DNA of 64,000 nt from a virus. The position numbers and the translations under genes are program-made. The notes under the pieces are model-generated. The model was not told the DNA's origin and made no database searches. It was given only the letters and a program-made list of their open reading frames with translations. The stretch lies in IMG/VR virus record IMGVR_UViG_3300025030_000064, positions 1 to 64,000 of that record; one strand, 5' to 3'. Positions 47,901-56,900 of the stretch are shown here, piece by piece (position 1 is the stretch's first letter; each line of letters opens with the position of its first letter).

Positions 47901-50900
47901 TAGAATCCTTAAAGAAAGATGACAAGCTAAAATCTGATTTAGAGATATGGTTAAAAGAAGGATTATCTGAATTAAATAAATTGTCAGGTCTTGAAGGAAC
48001 TAAAGACATGGTTAACCTGGATGCATTTATTAATTCTTCAAAACTATTAGGTGGCAATCCTGTTATAGCTGAAACATCTTCATTTGCTAAATATAAAATA
48101 TCTCTTAATGTAAATGACATAGATGTATCAGAATTTCCAGACCGAACAATACAACAACGTCAACAGGCAGCAGAGATAATTAACCAATATAAAAAGGTTA
48201 AAGGACTACAAGTATTATCTGGGATGGTAAATAGTACTATCACAATTAAAGATGTAGTAAGTGATATTAATAAATGGTTAGATAAGAATCCTTCCGTTGC
48301 TCCATTTACTGAACAGGATGTAGTTATTAGAACAGCATTATTATATCTTTTTAATGAGGATATAGATATAGTTAATCTACAAGGTATAGGAGGCACTGGT
48401 AAATCTAAATTAGTTACTAAAATAGTATCTGATATCTTTAGAGAAAGAAATGGTAATGAAAGTGTAGTTGCTTTTGGAGAAGGTTTCAGAGCTAATGAGA
48501 TTATTAATGAATCATTGTTCGGTGATCAAGGCAAAGACTTATTGTCATTTAATAGAGATGGTAGTCTTAAAGATGAAAAAGCTTTTGAAGAAGCTATACG
48601 TGGTAAAAAGCTATTAGTTATAGATGAGATAGGAAGACTTAATAAAGAAAAGTATATTACTATTTCAAGATTATTATTAAAGATACAAAGAGAGAATAAA
48701 GGTTTTAAGATATTACTTACCGGAGATCAGAATCAATTATCAGGACATAAGTTTCCTACTATGAGAATTGATAACCCGGGATTTGACCTTACTAAATATA
48801 TTATTCAGTTACCTGCTCTTGCTATACCACAAAGAACTAACAATACAGAAGTACAAAGATTACAAGATGTATTTAATGGTGCTGGTGGAAGAAATGTATT
48901 TGAAGATACATTAAACTACATGCATGATTCAAGAGATACTAATGGAGTGGCACATGTAACAGGACCATTAGAATTCGAAAATACTATTGCCAGTAAAACA
49001 TTATTAGATGATAAAAAGAAAAGAGCAATAATAACTACTGACGATAAGGTACAATATTATAAAGGAAAGTTTCCAACTACTGAGGTTCTTACTGTAGGAG
49101 AAGTTGAAGGTAATAAGACTGGTAATGCTCATGGAGTAGAATATAATGAAGTCTTTGTAGATGTAGAATATTCTGCAAAGTATATGATGGGAGTAGCAAG
49201 TTATGATAAAGTTAATACTATGATGTATCAGACTCTATCAAGAGCAACAGATTATATTATGGTACTTAGTGATAGTTGGAAAGGAAGTGATAGTATAACG
49301 AGTATAGATAATTCTTCTATAGCAGAAGAAAAGAAAAAGAAGTTTGCTGCTAATAGAATAGCTTATGAGACATGGATAAAAGAAGAACTATCTGAGATGT
49401 CAGATGGTAAAGAAGAGTTCGTTAAACAAGAGGAAACAGGTGTTGTAATTCCAGAAGAAGAAATAATTGTTGATATCATAGATGAAGAAGATAGAGAAGA
49501 TGGAGATGTATTAGTTGAACAACCCATTGCAGAAGAAGAAAAGAATGAAGTTGAGAATACAGATGCATTATCATTACATAAACAAGTACTTCATGGAACA
49601 GAATATAAATATGAAGGAGTAAGTGCAGTAGAAGAAGGAAGTATAGTAGAATCATATTATAGAAGTAACGCAGAGAATGATGGAATACATAAAGTATATG
49701 TATATAAAAAAGTTGATGATAATTACGTAGAGGTGCTTACTAAAAATGCTACTATAAGTAAAGAAGAAGCAAAGAAACAAGGGTTCTTTATATTACCTAA
49801 AGAAGCAAGAGTAACACCACAAGGCAAATCTATATCTACTGCAAGAGTAACATATAAACATAAACTATCATTAAATTATAGTAAAGAAGGACTGCCTTTA
49901 AATGACACTACTGTAAAGAAGAATGAAAAGATAGTTAAGACCAGGCTAAATGCTAAAAAGATTATAGGCAGTGATATCATTACTGTTGATAATAAGTTTA
50001 TAGAAAAGAATACTAAGTCAGACAAAAATCCTAATGCTATTATTCCAAATGGTTTTACATTAGATAAAGGTAAGATATATCAGATAGTTACTTACGATAC
50101 TAAAGCAGATAAGAGAAAATATGCTTTTATTCCTATGGACACAAATAAGATGTCATTAGATAGTGTAGAAGTAGATATGCATGGTAACGTAACCGAAGGA
50201 TCATTATCTGTATTAAGCAATTTTGCCAATACTATTTCTGATTTTGAAAACCAGATAGAACAACTCACAGGATTAGAGATAGTCTATGGAAGCAATAACC
50301 CTACAGAGGAAAAGATAGGAGATAGTTTTATTCCTGAAGGTAGAGTGTTTATGGATATCCTAGATAACACTTCTATTAAAGAGGATGGAACTATAATATT
50401 AAAAAGTAAGTTAAAGAGTTCTAATGCAGTTATAGAGGAACTAAATAAGTTAGATGTAGAGATAAAAAAAGATATAGTAAGTCAGATTAATGACATTAGA
50501 AATAGTCTTTACGAAAGAAAGAAAGAGACTCTGGTAAATATAGAGAATGCAAAGAAAGTTGATGGTAGTGATAATAAGTATTTAGTACAAGGTGATTCTA
50601 CAAGAAAGCCATTAGGACATAATTGGAGATTGATAGAAGGAGTAACGTCATTAGGTCATGTAAGTGAAGATGTATTTAAAGACTATTCTATTGTAGAAGT
50701 AGGAAAGAAAGATAAGCATTATGAACTAAGACGTACATTTGAATTTGAAGGAACAGAACCATTAAAAGGCACACCTATATTATATCATGTGCTAATAGCT
50801 CAGAACCTATCTTCTAATGCAGGAGTATTAGAATTTGATGGTAAGCCAGAGATAGAGATATTCCTTGTAGCAGACACTAAGGATGGTGTATCTGAATACC

Positions 50901-53900
50901 ATAATGATAAGACAAGTCAACTTACTATAAGACAAAGAAAGATTAGTAATCTTGTTTTCAGAAATAATAAATACAATATCTCAGACATAAGAGATAATGA
51001 TATTGCAAATATAGATTCGTTCAATGCTGATATTATAACTGCAGCAAATGATGGTATCAATAAGAGGGTAAGAGGACCAGTTCAGACAGCATTTAATAGA
51101 ATAGCAAAAGCCAACAGAAAAATCTATTTAGGTACTGCAGATGTAAATAAAGAAGGTTTATATTTCGAAACAAGAAAACAAATCTCTAAGAGAGACGGTA
51201 AAGAATCAACTAACTTTATTTCCCTAACAAGTTTTGATGGAGAAGATATCTTTAATAAGTCAGACAATAAAGAAGGTTTATTGCCATTAAGAGATGTTGT
51301 GCAAACATTAATAGGTACAGATGAGAATGGAGTAAGTACTGTTAATGGTTCGATGGGTTTAAAAGAACAGGTAAGAAGTAACTTAGTTAAGAAAGCTTTT
51401 CATCCTAAAGACGATGCTAACCAAACAGAAGTAAGCAATATAAAAGAAGCGTTATCTAATAAGATAACTTCTAAGTTTAATGATGTGGTACCTACCTTTG
51501 TATTATTAGAAGAAGAGCAGGAACAGATTAGTCAGGAAGAAATATCTAAACCGGAAGTAACTTCAAATGTATTAATATCGATAAACAATATCCTATCACA
51601 AAGCATTTCTGATAATGATAAGATATTAAAGCTATCAGACTTATTAATAGCTAATGAAGATTCTGCGGTAGTTATTGGAAAGTATATTGACATGCTAGAG
51701 AATAAGGCTAACGATTCTACTACCGATACAGAAGAGATAGATCCTAATGATATTATAGATAGAGATTATATACCTAAGAGAATAACTACTTCAAGAACTG
51801 TTAATGCATCTCAGGTGTTTAATATTGCTAAGACATATATTAAAGACTTATCAAAAGAAGAAGTGGTAGTATTATCTGCTTTAGATTTTGAAGACCAGTT
51901 TGGTAAGATGCCAATAGGTAAGTTCGTTAATGGTATTATATATTTAAAAGAGAATAGTGATAATACCTTTGATAAGGAGACATTAAAGCATGAAGTATTC
52001 CATAAGATATTTAATCAATATCTTACTCCGGAAGCAAAAAATGCTATCCTTACGGTAGTACGTTACTCTTCTGAATTCTCTTATGTGGCAGAGAATGAAA
52101 ACAGGGATGTTCAATCTTATTCAGATATAGAACTTGAAGAGTATATAAGTTTATTATATCAGAAATATGACAGAGGAGAAAGAAAGACTTCTGACAATCC
52201 TCTTATGCAATTTATCTATGACATCTTAGGGTGGTTATCTGACATTATAGACACCTTTTATAATACTATTAAGGGTAATGATAAGAATAGTCTTTATAAG
52301 TTATTCAGAGACATTAATAGTGGCAAGGTTAATACAAGGATGGTTAACAATGGAGAAGTAGGAAGAAGCAGTAATTTACTATTAGTGACAAAACATTTTC
52401 CTGCTAATACCGAAAGATCATTAGAGATGTATCAACAGGCAAAAGAATTTGTTAAAGGGTTACTATATAAATACTCTGTTCTTAATCTTGATAAACCATA
52501 TTCTTTTATTGATGAGGATGGAATATTACAATCTAATGATATAGGATTACATGAAGCATTAGAAAGTGTTAAATATCTTTCCAAAGCAAAAGCTAAAAAA
52601 GCAAAGGTTCAACCTTCTTCAGAAAATAAATTTCTTGAACATCTTACAATAGAAAAGAATGGAAGATATCCTGTAATCGAATGGGTAATGTCTGAAGTAT
52701 CTAATATAGATAAGGAGATGCTTTTAGAGATGAAGAAACTTAATGCAGAGAAGATAAGATCAGAAGTAGCAGATATAACATCAGCAACTCTTGATGATGA
52801 GATAATGGATAATGCATTAAAGAATTGGGAGAAGAATATCTCCCAGGAACTAAAAGAGATGTTATCATTTATTAAAATAAATAGAATTAATTATAAAGGC
52901 ATTTCATTAGGACTTGATAATAAGGGTGATTGGTATGATATTTTACTTGATGGAAATATTATTGGAGAATATAAGTTATATTTAGCTAAAGGGAATGATG
53001 ATAATTATTCAATATCTATTAAAATAAATGAAAAATATCAAAATAAAGGTTATGGTCAAATTGTACATATTTTAGTAGCAGATAAAATTAGCATAAAATA
53101 TAATAAATCTCTTTATTCAGATTGGACCAATAGCATAAAAGAAATAAATGCATTAAATGCTTTAATTAAAAAAAGATATGCAGAAAAAATATCTGATTAT
53201 GGTGAATTAAAGGATGGTGTATATAGTTCAGATAAAAGATCTGTAAGAATAAAAACAAGTTTAGAATTATCTAAATTTATTAATTCACGTAGAGCATTTA
53301 TCCTTGTTCTTAATAATCTTAGAAAACTTGATTTTAGAACATACAATAAAGACTGGACAACTATTCTTCAACAGATAACAGAGGCTAAAGAAGGAATGGT
53401 AGAAGGTAGTTACGACTATGTTGCTATGTCAGCTATAGAAGACTTAATTAAAAAGGCTAATGAGTTATATAAGCTAGGAGATAGGTCTTACTCATGGGTT
53501 GATGGATTCTCTATTATAGGTAATAACGCTTATGTAGATGGTAAGGTTATAGAAAAAGGTCTTAATAGTAAACAATGGTTTGAAGATATTCTAAAGGCGA
53601 TAAAGAAAAGTGATAACGTAATGTCTGGATTAAAAGAATTTGTTACTAAACCAACAGATAATTTTATAGTAGGATATATTTCCAGATATTACAGAAAAGC
53701 ACAAGCTGAAGATATAGTAGGTAAACTTTATCATCAACTGTATTCTTTAGTAGAGAATAATCCTTATACCTTATTAGAATCTCTAAAGTCATATGATGGT
53801 AATGTAACAGGAGATATAAAGTTAGTAAGAAGAAATCCTAATGGCATCTTAGATGCTACTATGATGGATATATGGAGTGCATTATATAATCTTCATGTAA

Positions 53901-56900
53901 GCGCCAAGAATAATGATAAAGCAGTTAAATCAAAATATGATGAGATTGTTAATATTATTGTTAATAAGAAGTACGGTAAAGCATATAAGAAAAAAGGTGG
54001 TGGTCTTAATGCAGAAGGATTAAAACATGTATTTAATCTTATGAATTATCCTTTTGATGCTACAGGATATAAAGAAACAGAATTAACTTCTATAATCACT
54101 CAATTAGGTCATATCTTTAATTATGATTCATCAACGATTATGAATGATGATTTTGATGTAGCCTTATCAAATAGTTCAAATAGGATCAGAAATATTGCTT
54201 CTATCTTAATAAAGAATTCAGAGTTAGTAAGAGCACAGAACTATCTTAACTTTGAAGGAAAGAAGATATACCTTAACGTATCAGGTTCATGGTTTTTCGA
54301 TGTCATGACAAGTATATTAAAAGGATATAATAGCAGACCTGATTACCTGAAAGCTGATAACTATATTACAAGAAATAATATCTTTGATCAGAAGTCAAAG
54401 AATCCTATTAATACGATATATGAGTATAATAATGTAGATGGTTATACTAATACTGATAAAGACTATAGTATAGGGATAAATAAATATACTGACAGGACAT
54501 ATCATTTAACCAGGTTCCTTGGTAATTTCATCTCTACAGTATCGTTACAGAATGATCAAACCAACTTAACTTACTTTCAGAGCACCCAGACACAGGCTGA
54601 CCGTAAAGATATGGCCGCTGTACGAGTTAATATATTAAGTAAATATGATTTATTAAAAGGCATTAAAAAGGCAACTGAATTTGAATCAGAAAGAGATAAA
54701 GTTCTTAAAGACACAAGAACAAATGCAAATAACTTATCTGCTAAAAAATTCAATCAGTCTCCTGACGATATTTATAAAAGGTTAGAGAAAGAAGCGGAAG
54801 AAGATTTTAATGAATTTATGGAGTCTATTTCTTATACTAATAAGCAAGGTAAGGAAGTAGATGAATTGTATAAATGGGAAGGAAAGATTAATACTGCATT
54901 TAATAAAGTGTTTGGTAGTGATTATAAGGGAATAGAAAACCTTACTTTAAAAGATAAGGCTAAACTATTATTTAATACTTTCTCATTAAATAACTATGTT
55001 AACGGTTTTCATCTTGACATGTTGCTTACTGGTGATCCTGCATTATTAGGAAAGTCAGGTAACCTCGTTAAGAGGATGAAGATGTTAAAGGCTTCTGGAA
55101 ACAAGATGATGATAGGTAAAGATTATGCTAGTCCTACATCAGACTATGTAGTATTTAACGACCATGAAGAGTTCTATACTCAGTTAAGAGATATAGATAA
55201 AAGCTTTGGTGGATTATATGATAAGAAGATAGATACTACAGATGGAGTTACCTTCGTTCTTCCTGAGACCATGGATGAAATACGCAAAGGAACCAGAGAT
55301 GAGAGTATCGGACCACTATTAAAGAACGTGATAGCTTATGTAGATAATAATGGAATACCTTATTATATAAAGACTGCTACAGTAGAGTTGACAGATGCAT
55401 TAGTGACTATGATGCCTGAGTTAAATAAACAAAGGGATATAATGCGTAATGCTGGTATTAAACATTTAATAGCTAAGTCGTCAATGAAGATGGCAATGCC
55501 TATAAAAGAAGATATAGTAAATTGGGGAGATAATATATTAGATAACCATAAAAGAGTATTAGATAATCAATATTACAGAGTACAGTCTAATCCATTATCA
55601 GAAGCAGAGTATATTACTAATCCTTCACAGATGATGTATTGGCTTAACACTAATGGATTATCAAATGATGAAGCAGCAATAGCATATCAGGCTGATGCAG
55701 ATATAATGAGTTTACAATGGAAAGTATATAATGCAAAGAGAAAGATTATAGATGAGAATGGTATTGTCAATGAGGATAATCTAAGAAAAGCTATTATAGC
55801 TAACTTGGGGCCGGATAATGAAAAGATAACAGATATGTTATTTAATGGTTTATCTTTAAACTATCCTGCTATAACAGGTAAGATGACTATACAGATAGCT
55901 TCTATATTATCTAAACAGAGATCAACAATTAAACATTCCGGAAATAAGTTTGTTCTTGCTCCAGCTATAGGAAACTATGTATATCAAATAGGTGATGAAG
56001 TATTATCTTATGATAAGTTAAAAGATAAGAGTACTGCAGATATGTTTTTTGAGATACCATCTTTTCAAGTAAGAAATGCACTTATTGATACAGTAGATTT
56101 ACTTACAAGACCCGAAGGAAAAGAATGGGTTGGTAAATATCTTAATGAGTTTGATTGGGTAAAAGACTTATCTGAAGAGAATAGAAAAATATTTGATGAG
56201 CACTTGGCACATTATAAAGATGGCAAGATGCTTATACCACGTAAACTTAGGATGAGAGATAGTAAAGGATTTACTGAGGTTATCATGCCAAGAGAATTTG
56301 CACAGAAATATGATCTTAAGACAGGAGAAAAAGTTATTCTTAATGCTAAGATAAGTAAGTTACTTGCAGAGGCTATTGGTGTTCGTATTCCAACAACAGG
56401 AATACATTCTACCATTGCTATTAAGGTAATAGGTATCAATGAAAGCACAAATAGAATTATTGCTCCTGATGAATTGGTAGCTATTCACGGATCTGACTTT
56501 GACGTTGACTCACTCTTTATTATGAAGAGAGAAGTAGATGAGTTAGGTTATCCTATTGGATATACTAAAGAAGGTGTATGGAATGAAGCTTATGAGATAG
56601 AAGTTAATGCTATGGAAGAAGGTAAGGATAAATGGAAACTACAGATAGCATTGGCAAAGAATAAAAAATTTGATGCTATACAGAATGTTCTTACTAAAGA
56701 AGAGAATAGAGAAGATATGAATAAACCTATCTCTCTTGATCCGATAAAGAATGATATATTTAAAGGTATATCGAAGAATGATTATCAGCAATGGTTAGAA
56801 ATGCTTAATGATACTATTGAAAACTTTAAAGAATTCTTTAATGAACAGTTAGAACAAAATGTATCTATTGAAATAAGAGAACAGTTACCTACCCTATTTG

